Assembly (NCBI GenBank): GCA_030390025.1
Contig: CM059431.1
Coordinates: forward strand, 103,914,001 to 103,978,000
DNA length: 64,000 nt
Reading direction: 5' to 3'
Source: Squalus acanthias
Taxonomy: Eukaryota
Part shown: piece by piece, positions 49,308 to 62,340 of the stretch
Layout: every line of letters begins with the position of its first letter
How positions within the stretch are numbered: the first letter of the stretch is position 1
The notes under the pieces: model-generated
Seen by the model: only the letters and a program-made list of their open reading frames with translations
What the model was told of the DNA's origin: nothing
The model's database searches: none
Made by a program: the position numbers and the translations under genes

Positions 49308-50072
49308 GGCCGGATTTTGAGACCCCCACGGTTGCGTACGAGGTGCGTACCCGCCCGTAGGGGCCGCGCATGTGCCGGTTTCAGGCGTGTGAAGCGCATG
49401 CGCTGAAACCCGGCACTTGCGATCTGACAAGAATTCTCTTGACAGATCATCCGCCAGCCCGGGAGATGGGCCTCCGCGGGGGGAGAGTTCTGCTTTCTGC
49501 ACAACTTTTGCCCGCTGAATGACTGCAAAATTTTTACGCCTGGTAAAAGCCTGCGTAAGGCCTGCTTTTACCAGCATAAGAGTTTAAAATAACATAAAAA
49601 TAATTTTTTTTCAATCATTTAAACATTAAAAAACCGGTGCAATAAGGTAAGGTTACTTTTAGCCCCTTTAAAACATTTAAATTTATTTTTCAAAAAATTA
49701 CATTTTTGTTTAAAATATTTAATTAAATGGCATTTAAATTCATTTTATATATGTAATGGTTTTTCGTTATTTATTTCAGTGTGTTGGTGCATCTTTGCAG
49801 TCATCCCCATTTTGACAGATCTGTGCGTACGGACCTGTCAAAAGTGTGAAGGGGGATTCCCTTCTTTGATTGGTTCCCCATGGCTCACGTGATCCCAGGG
49901 GTGCTAGCGAATCGCCTGCGCCCCTGGGGTATCTGGGCCTATGCGCACGCGGACCAGGAGAGGCCAAGGATCGCAAGCCTCGGGATCTACGGAGCCAGCA
50001 GGTAAGTTCATAGATTTATTTCCGATCGGAGGCATCCGCCCGCAGGGAGCCTCCGATCGGAAATTCAGGGCC
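49308..50072. mobile_element. Harbinger-type MITE family B
   Basis: Imperfect ggcc..attt TIRs, TSD ATG, GC-rich ends and AT-rich centre. Confidence 0.7.
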
Positions 50073-50706
50073 ATGAGCAGAATCTTACCTCCTTTCTGAA
50101 CTGGTATGATGATAAAATTCCAAGATAGCGGCGGTATTTTAATTGTCTTGTCTGATAGGAACTTTAAAACCAGCCAGTTCATTATTACCAACTATAATTA
50201 GCAATTTCCGACCATCAAAATCTCACTTAAGTTGAATTTAATGAAATGTAATCCAACATTTACAATTTGGCATTTAATTTTTTTTTACGTCGTCACCTAT
50301 CTTTTTCATTTTGAAGCCCAGAAGCTTCAGGATGTTCGAGGTCATTTGTGATCCTTTGGAAATACTTGCAAATTAATCCATGAATTTGTTTTGATGGAAG
50401 TATTTCGAAAGGGTAACAAGTGTGATATACGACCGGTACTAATAAACAATACAATTCTCTTGCCCTTCAATAAATACTGAGAATGATATGTATATATTCA
50501 TCAATGTGATCTCGTAGTAACTGCATGAAAAAGCACTTGAAAATAATCTCAAAATGTTACATAGAATTACACAGAATCAACAGCACAGAAACAGGCCATT
50601 CGGCCCAACTGGTCCGTGCCGGTGTTTACCTTCTCCCACCCCTGTTCATCTCACCCCATCAATATATCCTTCTATTCCTTTCTCCCTCATGTGTTTATCT
50701 AGCTTC

Positions 50707-51620
50707 TTCCATCATAAGGTCAGAAGTGGGGATGTTCGCTGATGACTGCACAGTGATCAGTGCCATTCGCAACTCCTCAGATAATGAAGCAGTCCGTGCC
50801 CGCATGCAGCAAGACCTGGACGATGTTTAGGCTTGGGCTGATAAGTGGCAGGTAACATTCGTGCCAAACAACTGCCAGGCAATGACTATCTCCAACAAGC
50901 GAGCATCTAACCACCGCCCCTTGACATTCAACAGCATTACCATCATCGAATCCCCCACCATCAATATCCTGGGGTTACCATTGACCAGAAACTTAACTGG
51001 ACCAGCCACATAAATACTGTGGCAACAAGAGCAGGTCAGAGGCTGGGTATTGTGCGGCAAGTGTCTCACCTCCTGACTCCCCAAAGCCTTTTCACCATCT
51101 ACAAGGCACAAGTCAGGAGTGTGATGGAATACTCTCCACTTGCCTGGATGAGTGCCGCTCCAACAACACTCAAGAAGCTCAACACCATCCAGGACAAAGC
51201 AGCCCACTTGATTGGCACCTCATCCACCACTTTAAACATTCACTCCCTCCACCATCGGCGCACTGTGGCTGCAGTGTGTACCATCTACAAGATGCACTGC
51301 AGCAACTCGCCAAGGCTTCTTCGGCAGCACCTCCCAAACCCACGACTTCTACCACCTAGAAGGACAAGGGTAGCAAGCGCATGGGAACACCACCACCTCC
51401 AAGTTCCCCTCCAAGTCTCACACCATCCTGACTTGGAAATATATCGGCCGTTCCTTCATTGTCGCTGGGTCAAAATCCTGGAACTCCCTCCCTAACAGCA
51501 TTGTGAGAGTACCTTCACCACACGGACTGCAGCGGTTCAAGAAGGTGGCTCACCACCACCTTCTCAAGGGCAACTAGGGATGGGCAATAAATGCCCACAT
51601 CCCATGAACGAATAAAAAAA
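50707..51620 (+). mobile_element. CR1/L2-group LINE second family inserted into a minus-strand CR1 tail (50558-51680)
   Basis: RT motif MFADDCT and ORF 51019..51495; poly-A tail; the host CR1 resumes afterwards. Confidence 0.9.
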
Positions 51621-52834
51621 TGCATCTATGCTATTTGCCTCAACTACTCCATGTGGTAGCGAGTTCTACATGCTAAACATTTCAGGTTCTTTGTATCCCT
51701 CTTTAAAACCTATAATTCGGACAAATTTAAATTAAAAGAAGATCCATACTAGTGATTTAATTGGGGACATAATATTTTTGATGGTTGAAGAATAAAAGCC
51801 AGAATACATGGGACTATTTCTTATTCCCATACTCAAACAGGGAGCTGTACTCATAGGGGATGTGAGTCAGACAATCAGGGCTACAGTGTTTTTGCTCCAT
51901 CACCCACCCACGCTCTCTGTAAGCACGGATCCTGGCTGGGAATACCTGATCATGGAATTACCCCCAAAATTGAGGGATTCCTGGGAATGCTCATTGAAAC
52001 GGCATAAACTATGGGAGAAACTCCTGCGATGTGAGGGAAGTATAAAAAATGCTCTTCCTACTCAAATTTATTATTTCGCTGCCATCGACAGACACAGAAA
52101 ATCTTTCCCAAAGCATTTTTTTTTTTAAAGCTTTGCTGCTGCTACTGCCCAGTGGCAGTGCGGGTCAAATAGGTGTTGTTTGAAATTCGAGGATTAAGTT
52201 ATCGCTGTGAATTTACGCCATTATTTGCTATTTTTCAAATGCTCGCTGTTAATTTATGGATTGATTTTATTTTTTTAGGATTAAAGACTCATAGTGGTGT
52301 GGATCACACCTGCTAATACATTCCATGCTATTGACACATGATGACATTCATACTGAAGAATTAAGAAGATCAGTGATATTACGGCAAGTTTATTACAAGA
52401 TAATTTGAAACCGATTACCAGGCAATTACATGCCTGGTGTATGTTGAATATCTTTATAATTAAAAGTTTTGTATCTGCAACATGATAAGACTGTATAATT
52501 GTGGAGTCCTTGCACTGATACCCATTGGCCTGTGTTAACCAGCTAATATTTCTGGTTATGTGATTAGTATCAATCAATCTGATCCAAAAACTGTTAAACC
52601 AATGCAACTGTATTTGACCCATCACCAGCCTCCATACTCTCGGCCGAGCTCTGAAGACTGCTCCCAGACTGACCCTACGCACAGCCTCCCTGCTATAAAC
52701 TGATGGCCTAACAGCCCAGCCTCCTGCACTCCCTCTCTCCCTCTCTCTCTCGCTTTCCGTTGTCCCATTTCTTCGCTGCACATTCTGCTGCTGGTCCACG
52801 ATGGCAAAGGGGCCAAGAGAGAGCTGGCAAAAAA

Positions 52835-53060
52835 CACAGTCTCAGGATACGGGGTAGGACATTTAGGACTGAGATGAGGAGAAATTTCTTCACTCAGAGG
52901 GTGATGAACCTATGGAATTCTCTACCACAGAAGGCTGTGGAGGCCCAGTCACTGAATATATTTAAGAAGGAGATAGATAGATTTCTAGACACAAAAGGCA
53001 TCAAGGGGTATGGGGAGAGAGCGGGAATATGGTATTGAGATAGAGGATCAACCATGATCA
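52835..53060 (+). mobile_element. CR1 3' fragment
   Basis: HSLRIRGRTFRTEMRRNFFTQRV. Confidence 0.85.
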
Positions 53061-54106
53061 TCGCCTTCAAAGTCCAAGATGTCTGGCAAGTTAACATCGC
53101 AATCTCTCTAACCGTTTCAGTATGTTAATAATGGCTGGAAAAACATCATGCACAAAGCGGTTTAAGCACAATGCCAATTAAGCACACAAATAAGAATGCA
53201 AAAAGCCCTGTTTTTTTTAAAGTAGATTTTTGTGATCCCCAAGTTGAAGAATCCTAGTGCTGGGGAGTGAAACCTTTTCCCCAGTGTCATAGACACAGTA
53301 TCAGCACCAACAACTCCCGGTCGCCAAGGTAAGTAGAACACAGCCAGTTGCAAAGTAAGGCTTCTTTCACTCTGTGCCAACAAAATAGCTTCTCCCCCAA
53401 CTCCAGAATTGTACCAACTTAAATTCATTCTTCTTGTGCATAATCTACGTCTGACTATACTTTCATTAAATAGATGGTTTATACCATGCCTCATGATATA
53501 TTTCCGATCAACAGAATTCCAGCATCTTATCAAAATTATATACCGTAGTTTGTAAGATGCCATGTGAAATGTCACGCTTCACTGTCATTTTTTAAAAATC
53601 TGCTGAAATTTCTAATGATGTGTTCGAGTGCAATGCCGGACAGTTTCACAAGTGACCTGTTTGAAGTGTCCTTTAAGTGAGTGCGCAGTTAATGGGAAAG
53701 TCAATTTTAATGACTTACAGTCAGCAGCTAAACACATTTCTCCTTCAATATATGTCCCACCAATGAAATAGTCACAACCTAAAGAGAAAGCATGTTTACA
53801 TTGAATGCTTGAATGGAGGCATTTATTTTAATACATTCCAGAATAAGCATTTGAGGAGTTTATTCTATGCATTTTTAAAAAAGTCATAGCCCTATCCAAA
53901 TCTAATTTTTTTGTTCATACGAATGTCGGCTTGTATAAGGTTAATATTCCAAATTACTTTCCAATTGGTCTGTGGTAACCACATGATGTGATGATCAGAT
54001 GATTAGCAGGGACCAATCATGTCTGCAATTTTTTTTCTCCATCAGAAACACAGAGCAGCCATTATACTTACCACACTAAAAAGTGAAAATATGAGGAGGT
54101 TGGAAT

Positions 54107-54531
54107 AAGAAAGAAAGACTTGCATTTATACAGCACCTTTCACGACCACCAGATGTCCCAAAGCGCTTTACAGCCAATGAAGTATCTTTTAAAGTGCAGT
54201 CACTGTTGTAATGTGGGAAACGTGGCAGCCAATCTGTGCACAGCAAGCTCCCACAAACAGCAATGTGATAATGACCAGATCATCTGTTTTAGTGATGTTG
54301 ATTGAGGGATAAATATTGGCCCAGGACATCGGGGAGATCTCCCCTGCTCTTCTTCGATATAGTGGCCGTGGGATCTTTTACGTCCGCCTAAGGGGGCAGA
54401 CGGGGCCCTCGGTTTAACGTCTCATCCGAAAGACGGCACCTCCAGACAGTGCAGCACTCCCTCAGCACTGCACTGGGAGTTTCAGCCTAGCTTTGTGTGC
54501 TCAAGTCTCTGGAGCGGGTCTTGAACCCACA
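54107..54531 (-). mobile_element. SacSINE1-like SINE, 5'-truncated
   Basis: Family match. Confidence 0.85.
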
Positions 54532-55486
54532 AGTTCAATGCTGACCATTTAAAAGTTGTAATTGAAAGTTTAACAAGTAAGTCAAGTAACTGTACAGGGT
54601 TGAAGCTTCAACTTCTAGCAAGTTGAAAGCTTAGGAACATAGGAACAGGAGTAGGCCATTCAGCCTCTCGAGTCTGTTCCGCCATTCAATTAGATCACGG
54701 CTGATCTGTAGCCTGAGCTCAGTCAAATCCTGGGCCCCTGGAATTCAGTTATGACCAAACTGCGATAACTACATAGCTTCAGAGAATTATTCATTAAAAA
54801 AAAATTGCATTTGTAAGCAAAATTTTCAATGAGTAATACTTAATAAAAAAATACTTACACTTTTTAAAAAAAAAATTAAAAGGACAATCTGCTAAAATAT
54901 AGTTGTGGCTGGGCTGTAATTGATATCCCCCTGTTCCCAAAATTCACGGGCATTTGAGGCACTGGACCTAACGAGTTAGCACCAATCCAGATTCTTCCAG
55001 CCTCCCCTGCCATTCAGCAAATTCGCACAATGTTTGTTAAAGGTACTGAGATGTGTTTCACTGAGGTGATAATCACATCAGGAAATCATCTCCGAGGAGT
55101 TTTCCGCATTCACATTTCCTCTTGTATAATTTTTCAACAAGTTGCCTAATGATCTTTTTTTTAAAATAGAAGTGTCTCTCGTTGATAGCTGGCATAGAAG
55201 TGAACTCACAAAGTGTTCCTTGCAGATTTAGTGTTTCTATGTCAGCTCAGTCAACTGTGGCTTTAATGGCATGGAATGTACATCTTGATCAATATATCAT
55301 AAATTCATAACGGCAAATTACTCCAAAACTAAAGTATTAGATCATCATGTCCAGTGAAAAGGAGAACATCAAAATGTAACTGAATTTGAAAAAATCAGTT
55401 TGGATAATATTTTTCCAATAATGATTCAAGAAGGCACATTCTTTAGCAACTTAAGTGTGGGTGGTAGGAGACCAGCCTGAAATAAG

Positions 55487-56244
55487 GGCCCAGAAATTAG
55501 GCTCCCTGGCTTCCCGCGGGTGCAAGGATCGCGCGCGCAACTACCTACCGCGCCTGCCGTTGACCTCTGGGCCCACGGGGACTTCAGCTCCTGGGCCTCC
55601 TGCAGCTGCCGGCGCGCAGTGCTTGTGTGTCCCAGGGGCGCAGTTAGTGCGATGCGTCCTGTGGGATCACGTGGGCCATGGAGAGCCAATGGCAGCAGAC
55701 CATCTTCCATTCATAGATTTGACCTGTCAAATCGATGAATTGAAATCGGCCCCAAAACAACACCTAAACTTCAAATACATTTTTTAAAAAACCATCACAT
55801 TTTTAAAATAACTATAAGTTAAATAAATTAACTACTTTAAACAAAAATTTAAATTTCTGAAAAAACTAAAATACTTTTTAACAGTGCTAAAAATAAACTT
55901 ACCTTTCTTTAAAGTATCTAAAAAAGATAAACCTGTTGAAAATTTTTTTAAATTGTAATTAATTAACCACTTACCTTGTTAAAAACGGGTCTTGTGCCTC
56001 CTTTTTAAATGTGCAGCTTCTTCCATACTTACCCTCCCGGAGAAACCTGAAAAAAAACCTAAGTTCGCTGCGTGCGCGCAGCCTCTCCCGTGCACGCGGT
56101 TCACCTCTGAACTCCTCCCTTCACGAGACCGGAAGTTCCGGTTTCCCGTGCATGCACAGTGCATGCAGGAAACCGGCACTTCAGGAGGCCTTACGGGTGA
56201 GTCCACAGCGCATACTCACCCGACAAGTGCCGAATTTTTGGCCC
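55487..56244. mobile_element. Harbinger-type MITE related to family B, opposite orientation
   Basis: TIR ggcccagaaatt/aatttttggccc, TSD AAG; shares tgggatcacgtg.gccatgg and a TGACA hairpin with 49308-50072. Confidence 0.7.
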
Positions 56245-56381
56245 AAGATCTTGAAATGGTTTAAGTCAAGCCATATAGTTTATTTTATGTATATAAAAAT
56301 GTTGTCCAATTCAGTCAATTTTGAGTTGAACTCGCAATTTCATTTAGAAAAATGGAAGCCTAAGATAGCCTACTCTTATAC

Positions 56382-56809
56382 TTTTTTATTCGTTCACAGA
56401 TTGTGAGCGTCGCTGGCAAGGCCAGCATTTATTGCCCCTCCCTAATTGCCCTTGAAAAGGTGGTGGTGAGCCACTCTTCATTGAACAGCTGCAGTCTGTG
56501 CTTCCTTGTAGCAGTTTGCTACAATTGAGTGGTTTGCTGGGCCATTTCAGAGGGCAGTTAAGTGTCAACCACATTGCTGTGGGTCTGGAGTCACATATAG
56601 GCCAGACCGGGTAAAGACAGCAGATTTCCTTCCCTAAAGGACATTAGTGAACCAAAGGGATTTTTACAACAATTCGGTAGTTACATGATCACCATTACTG
56701 ACACTAGCTTTTTATTCCAGATTTATTTAATTAACTGAATTTAAATTCTGTGAGATTTGAACTCAAGCCAGGCCTACTGGATTACTAGTCCACTAACCAC
56801 CATGCTACC
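56382..56809 (-). mobile_element. tRNA-Thr(AGT)-like SINE carrying the 3' tail of the second LINE family
   Basis: Head with a tgga-CTAGTAA-tcca anticodon arm and B box gagttcaaatc; the tail matches 32845-32970. Confidence 0.7.
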
Positions 56810-56904
56810 TTACCCCTTATACTGAGGGGATGCTGTATTGTTGGAGGTACTGCCTTTCAGATGAGTTGTCAAACCAAGGTACATCTACCTGTTCAGGTGC
56901 ATGT

Positions 56905-57485
56905 ACCTCCTGACCCCCCCAAAGCCTTTCCACCATCTACAAGGCACAAGTCAGGAGTGTGATGGAATACCCTTCACTTGCCTGGATGAGTTGCACCTCC
57001 AACAACACTCAAGAAGCTCAACACCATCCAGGAAAAAGCAGCCCGCTTGATTGGCACCCCATCCACCACCTTAAACATTCACTCCCTCCACCACAGGCGT
57101 ACCGTGGCTGCAGTGTGTACCATCTACAAGATGCACTGCAGCAACTCGCCAAGGCTTCTTCGGCAGCACCTCCCAAACCCGCAACCTCTTCCACCTCGAA
57201 GGAGAAGGGCAGCAGGCGCATGGGAACACCACCACCTCCAAGTTCCCCTCCAAGTTACACACCATCCTGACTTAGAAGTATATTGCCGTTCCTTCATCGT
57301 CGCTGGGTCAAAATCCTGGAACTCCCTCCCTAACGGCACTGTGGGAGTACCTTCACCACACGGACTGCAGCGGTTCAAGAAGGCGGCTCACCACCACCTT
57401 CTCAAGGGCAATCAAGGATGGGCAATAAATACTGGCTTTGCCAGCGACACCCACATTCCATTAAAAAAAAACGAATAAAAAAAAA
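56905..57485 (+). mobile_element. CR1/L2-group LINE second family, nested in an old SacSINE1-like SINE (56820-57740)
   Basis: ORF 57047..57478; SINE halves on either side. Confidence 0.87.
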
Positions 57486-57769
57486 TGATCCTGTGCCACT
57501 ATTCAAAGTAGAGCAGTGATTCTCCTGGTGCTCTGACCAATATTTATTGCCTCAAACAAGAACAGATTATTTGGTCATTTATCTCATTTTATGCTTGTGG
57601 GACTTTACTTGTCGCAAATTGGTTGCTGCGTTTGCCTTGATAACAACAGTGACTGCACTTCAAAGGTATTGGCTGTGAAGTATGTCGGGACATCCTGAAG
57701 ACATAAAAGGTGTTACATAAATATAAGTGCATTTTCTTTCTATTGTCTGGCTCTTTCCCTGTGATCTTT

Positions 57770-58185
57770 ACATAGAATTTTTCAGCACAGAAAACAGGCC
57801 ATTCAGCCCACCAGGTTTGTGCCGGTGTTTATGCTCCACACGAGCCTCCTCCCACCCCTCTTCATCTCATCCTGTCGGCATAACCTTCTATTCCTTTCTC
57901 CCTCATGTGTTTATCCAGCTTCCCCTGAAATGCATCTATACTATTCACCTCAACCACTCCGTGTGGTATCAAGTTTCATATTCTAACCACTCTCTTGGTA
58001 AAGAAATTTCTCCTGAATTCCTTACTGGATTTTTTTACGGACTATCATATATTTATGGGCCCTAATTTTGGAATCCCCACAAGGGGAAACATCTTTTCTA
58101 TGTCTACCCTATCGAATCACTTCATCATTTTAAAGACCTCTATCGGTTACCCTTCAGCCTTCTCTTTTCTAGAGCTAAGAGCACC
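57770..58185 (-). mobile_element. CR1 3' fragment
   Basis: Matches 569-900 and 15108-15398. Confidence 0.8.
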
Positions 58186-58288
58186 AGTCTTTCCCCATGA
58201 TCTCCCTAGTTTTATTCTACTCTGTGTCTCAGTTCAGCTTTATGTTATTGCATCACTCTACCCCTGCCTGGTTCCAGTTCTGGCCTCC

Positions 58289-59030
58289 TGTAAGATTCTA
58301 AATACCGTAATAAAACCGCTGCTACCGTGTGGAGATCGAAATTGCGAACAAATTGTGAAATGGTAACGGATGGACTCAAATTGTAGGAAGTCAGCATGTG
58401 TTCCTTTGTCTGTGAGGACACAAAATGGAGGAAGTCAGCAGGGGGGGTCCTTTGCCTGATGGTCAGCATATGGTCCTTTGTTTGTGAGACCACATGGACA
58501 GGAAGGAGAAACACCGGATGAAGAGGAAGTCCCGCCCCTACACACATCACAGGAACATGAACGTGTCATGCAGAAGGAAGTCCAATCAGGGAAGGTTTGG
58601 AGTGAAACTGACCTATCAGAGGGAGGCAGATGGAGCTATACGAGGGAGGCAGCAGAAAGGCACTATAAAGAAATGACCCAGAGGCGGGAAATTCAGAAGG
58701 AAGCAGGAGAAGAAGAGAAGAGACAAAGGAACGGTTTGACTGGCCAGTCTATGTTTGCAACCTGCTACTTTTCCAGACTGATCACCCTGGGATAAGAGTA
58801 TGTATGAAAGTCGAACATTTGGCTTAGATATTGCTAAAGAATAATTTTTATGTATAGTTTGACCTATTAAATTGTAAGCATATTAATTGCGAAGGAATGC
58901 TTCTATGTACGCTAGAATTTTGAACTGTAGTGTGACTAAAGACCAATTTTATTGATCACATACTTGTCTGTCATTGTTACGCTTATTCATAATTCTCGAG
59001 GTCCGAACAGTAGTAAGAGAAAGTCTTACA
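58289..59030 (+). mobile_element. Solo LTR (~740 bp)
   Basis: TGTAAGA...TCTTACA termini, repeated GGAAGT, CCAAT at 58582, TATAAA at 58664, ATTAAA at 58866; TSD degenerate. Confidence 0.72.
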
Positions 59031-59458
59031 ACCCCCCATCCCCTCGTTTTGCTCTAGTCTCCTGGCTAGACATAGCTCTGTCTTCTAGCTATGAACCTGC
59101 TATCTATAAACTGGGATCGCCTAATAATGCATGGATATGCATATTGCTGCTGCAATGCTAATGGCACAGCACACCTTTGGCTTGGACCACAACACGACCA
59201 AACTACTGTCTTTGTGGATTTTAAAACTTACTTTTTTTTTTAAAGCTGTTTAGAAATAACGAGAACCCAAAAATCAGAATTTTATTTTACATAACAAGCA
59301 TGTTTTTAGATGCAATTCTTTACTTAATAAGCAAGTTAGTTGTAACTATTGCACAGATAGTGATGAACAGGGACAGTAGTAAGTCCTTTCATAGTGCCAC
59401 AACAAATGAAATAACAAATATGCACCACTCTTGTGAAAAAAGCTGAATATTAATTTGT

Positions 59459-59929
59459 GTGTCAGCTGTGGCTCAGTGGGTCGCACCCTCGCCTCTGGGT
59501 CAGAAGGTTGTGGGTTCAAGTCCCACTCCCGAGACTTGAGCACAAAAAATCCAGGCTGACACTCCAGTGCAGTACTGAGGGAGTGCTGCACTGTCGGAGG
59601 TGCCGTCTTTCAGATGAGATGTTAAACCGAGGCCCCGTCTGCTCTCTCAGGTGGACATAAAAGATCCCATGGCACTATTTCGAAGAAGAGAAGGGGAGCT
59701 ATTCCTGCTGTCCTAGCCTATAATTATCCCTCAATCAACATCACTAAAACAGATTATCTGGTCATTATCACAGTGCAGTTTGTGGGAGCTTGCTGTGCGC
59801 AAAATTGGCTGCTGCGTTTCCTACATTACAACAGTGACTACACTTCAAAAGTACTTCATTGGTTGTAAAATACTTTGTGACGCCCTGAGGTCATGAAAGG
59901 CGCTATAGAAATGCAAGTCTTTCTTTCCT
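59459..59929 (+). mobile_element. SacSINE1-like SINE, full length
   Basis: A box TGGCTCAGTGG, B box GGTTCAAGTCC, Deu domain and (CTTT)n tail. Confidence 0.9.
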
Positions 59930-60069
59930 TGAAGAAGTTAGATTTTATGTTGGGGTGTTTGTGGTATACAGCACCACCACCCCCGGAAAATTTAGAACTG
60001 TATAAAATGGTGCTATCTGTCTGTCCCGTTTTCCCATCAGCCCTGTGCTCGCTGACTGACATTGGCTCC

Positions 60070-61781
60070 TGTAAAGTTTTGCAATTATCGCGATTCGAAA
60101 TAACAAGATAGAAGCAGATTTGTTTGATCAGTTTATTTAAACAAAATGCTGTCATGATATAAAGGACACAGAAGCCTGTAAAATGGCCGCCGCGCATCGT
60201 GGCAGAAGCTTCCAGAAGTACAGTGGGCAGACAAGATGGCGTTCGAATAAACATTTTCAATATAAGACGGGATCATACTCGATAAGCACTGATAAAGACA
60301 GGATGCAACCTGTTTGCATTTGTGACAATAGCAAAAGATATGAGTGCTGGAATCGTTTTCCATGCACAAGTAAGGACCATTGTACTGGGCAATCGAAGGC
60401 CCATCCAGACACTTCAATACACAAATACCCCCACGGCTCTACAATGAGAGAGCCATTCTCGGGTGATTAAACAAGTATTCGGGGGCCCCCAAAACCAGTC
60501 AGGGAGACGATTCATACGATCCTGGCTGGGCCAACAATGGGGAAAACATTAACGGGTAGTTGGCCAGTCTCAGGTGCTACCGAAACCCGTTAAAGACAAG
60601 AATCACCCCATGCTGGGAGTTTTGAGCGCCAATATTTCACAAAGGACAAACATTAAGATTTGGGCGGGAGATAAGGGAACACAGCACTATAACTATAGTG
60701 AACAAATGTCCATCGGTCGCTTGACTCTCTTATCTCTGCGGACTCTTGACTCGGGCTGAACTTTTATTCTCCTATTCTGATCCTCGGGTATCGCTCTGCT
60801 GGACGAGCAGCCTTCTGTGTTTTCTCTGGACTCTGTTGACTCTGGACTTTAGCTGCACTGGACGGTTATTCGAATGTTGGGTGAAGCTCAATTGGAACGA
60901 GCCGCCTTGACGAACGCAAGTGACCGGGTGCACCATCCCGAGAGTCGGTAAACGGTGTTTGGACCTGAAGGCCCAACAAGACAAGACGAAATGACAAGAG
61001 AAGAAGAAGAATCCACGTGCCGCCGCGGTCAGTAAACCCCGACCGCGCCCGAAAATATACGACCCATTTCTTGAACTCTACAGGTTACTGCACGAACCGG
61101 TCAAAGACTCTTCTTTGAATTCTACCGACAACTGGTGTCGGTACAGGAAGACTTTTCTTTGAATTCTACAGCCGGGCCCGAGTGCTGTCGAGTTCTTCAT
61201 GACAACGGGGAGCCCAGCCTGCTTGCCACAGCAGCGAAGATAAACAAGTGGGGTACAGAGACCCCTCCAAACACGTGACAGTCAGGCGCTGCAGCGAAAC
61301 GAGCCGAGTGCCTCACTTTAAAATTCTCCAAAGTATCACGAGTGGTGAGCATGTTTCCCGATCCTACAAATCTAGATGTAGTGTAGGTATTGATAGGGGA
61401 GGGTGGTTTTATTAAGGATAAAGTATAATGTGTTCCCCTTTTTACGATGTGCCGTGCGTTCTTCATTACCATAGACCAAGCTTTATGAATGTATGTATAC
61501 TTGTACACTCGTTAATTTGCGCCTATGACATGTACTTCATGATTTTGGACGCTATGCAATAAAGATTTCCATTTCGTACTATTCAACCGGTTTTTCTCTG
61601 CATTACTGCTCTCGCACCTAAGTCCAGTGTTAGAACCGTAAGGGCGAGTGGGTCGAACCACTCACAGGTGCTTATTGCAACAAGGCTGGCCGGAGACCAG
61701 AGCAAGCAATAGTATTAGGCAACGAAGGCCTAACCCCGCACCAGCACCGTCTGCGATACAAGCATGCCAAAACCCCTTACA
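60070..61781 (+). mobile_element. Long solo LTR-like insertion (1712 bp)
   Basis: TGTAA...TTACA termini, perfect 4-bp TSD CTCC, AATAAA at 61558; it splits an L2 that rejoins in register. Confidence 0.8.
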
Positions 61782-62187
61782 CTCCCGTTAAGCAACGTCT
61801 TGATTTTAAAATTCTCATCCTTGTTTTCAAATCCCTCCATGGTCTCGCCCCTCCCTATCTCTGTAATCTCCTCCAGCTCCACAACCCCCCCGAGATAGCT
61901 GCGCTCCTCTAATTCTGGCCTCTTGAGCATCTCCGATTTTAATCGCTCCACCATTGGCGGCCGTGCCTTCAGCTGCCTGGGCCCTAAGCTCTGGAATTCC
62001 CTCCCTCAACCTCTCCACCTCTCTCTACCTCTCTTTCCTCCTTTAAGACGCTCCTTAAAACATAACTCTTTGACCATCTGCCCAAATATCTCGTGGCTCG
62101 ATGTCAAATTTTGTTTTATTACGCTCCTGTGAAGCGCCTTGTTTTGCCATGTTAAAGGCTATTTAAATACAAGTTGTTGCTGTTGTT
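61782..62187 (+). mobile_element. L2 3' fragment (5' piece at ~60040-60069)
   Basis: Matches 33510-33950; GGRAFSCLGPKLWNSLP. Confidence 0.88.
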
Positions 62188-62340
62188 GGTGCATTTCCTG
62201 ATTCTATTTATTGATTTCTGTTCTAGAAATAATACATAAAGGAGCTGTACTGTATTCTAGTCAGACGAAGTCTCCAGACCTGTCCGTTGACCTTACCGAG
62301 AACCATATGGGACATGACTTCTGCCTTGTTTTCATGAGGT

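Noticed and set aside
59459..59535. tRNA genes at SINE heads (also 62590-62660 and 56750-56809)
   Set aside because: A/B boxes are present, but there is no complete cloverleaf and each continues into a SINE body
60183..60470. 95-aa ORF in the long LTR as a viral accessory gene
   Set aside because: No recognisable motif, and the length is within chance expectation
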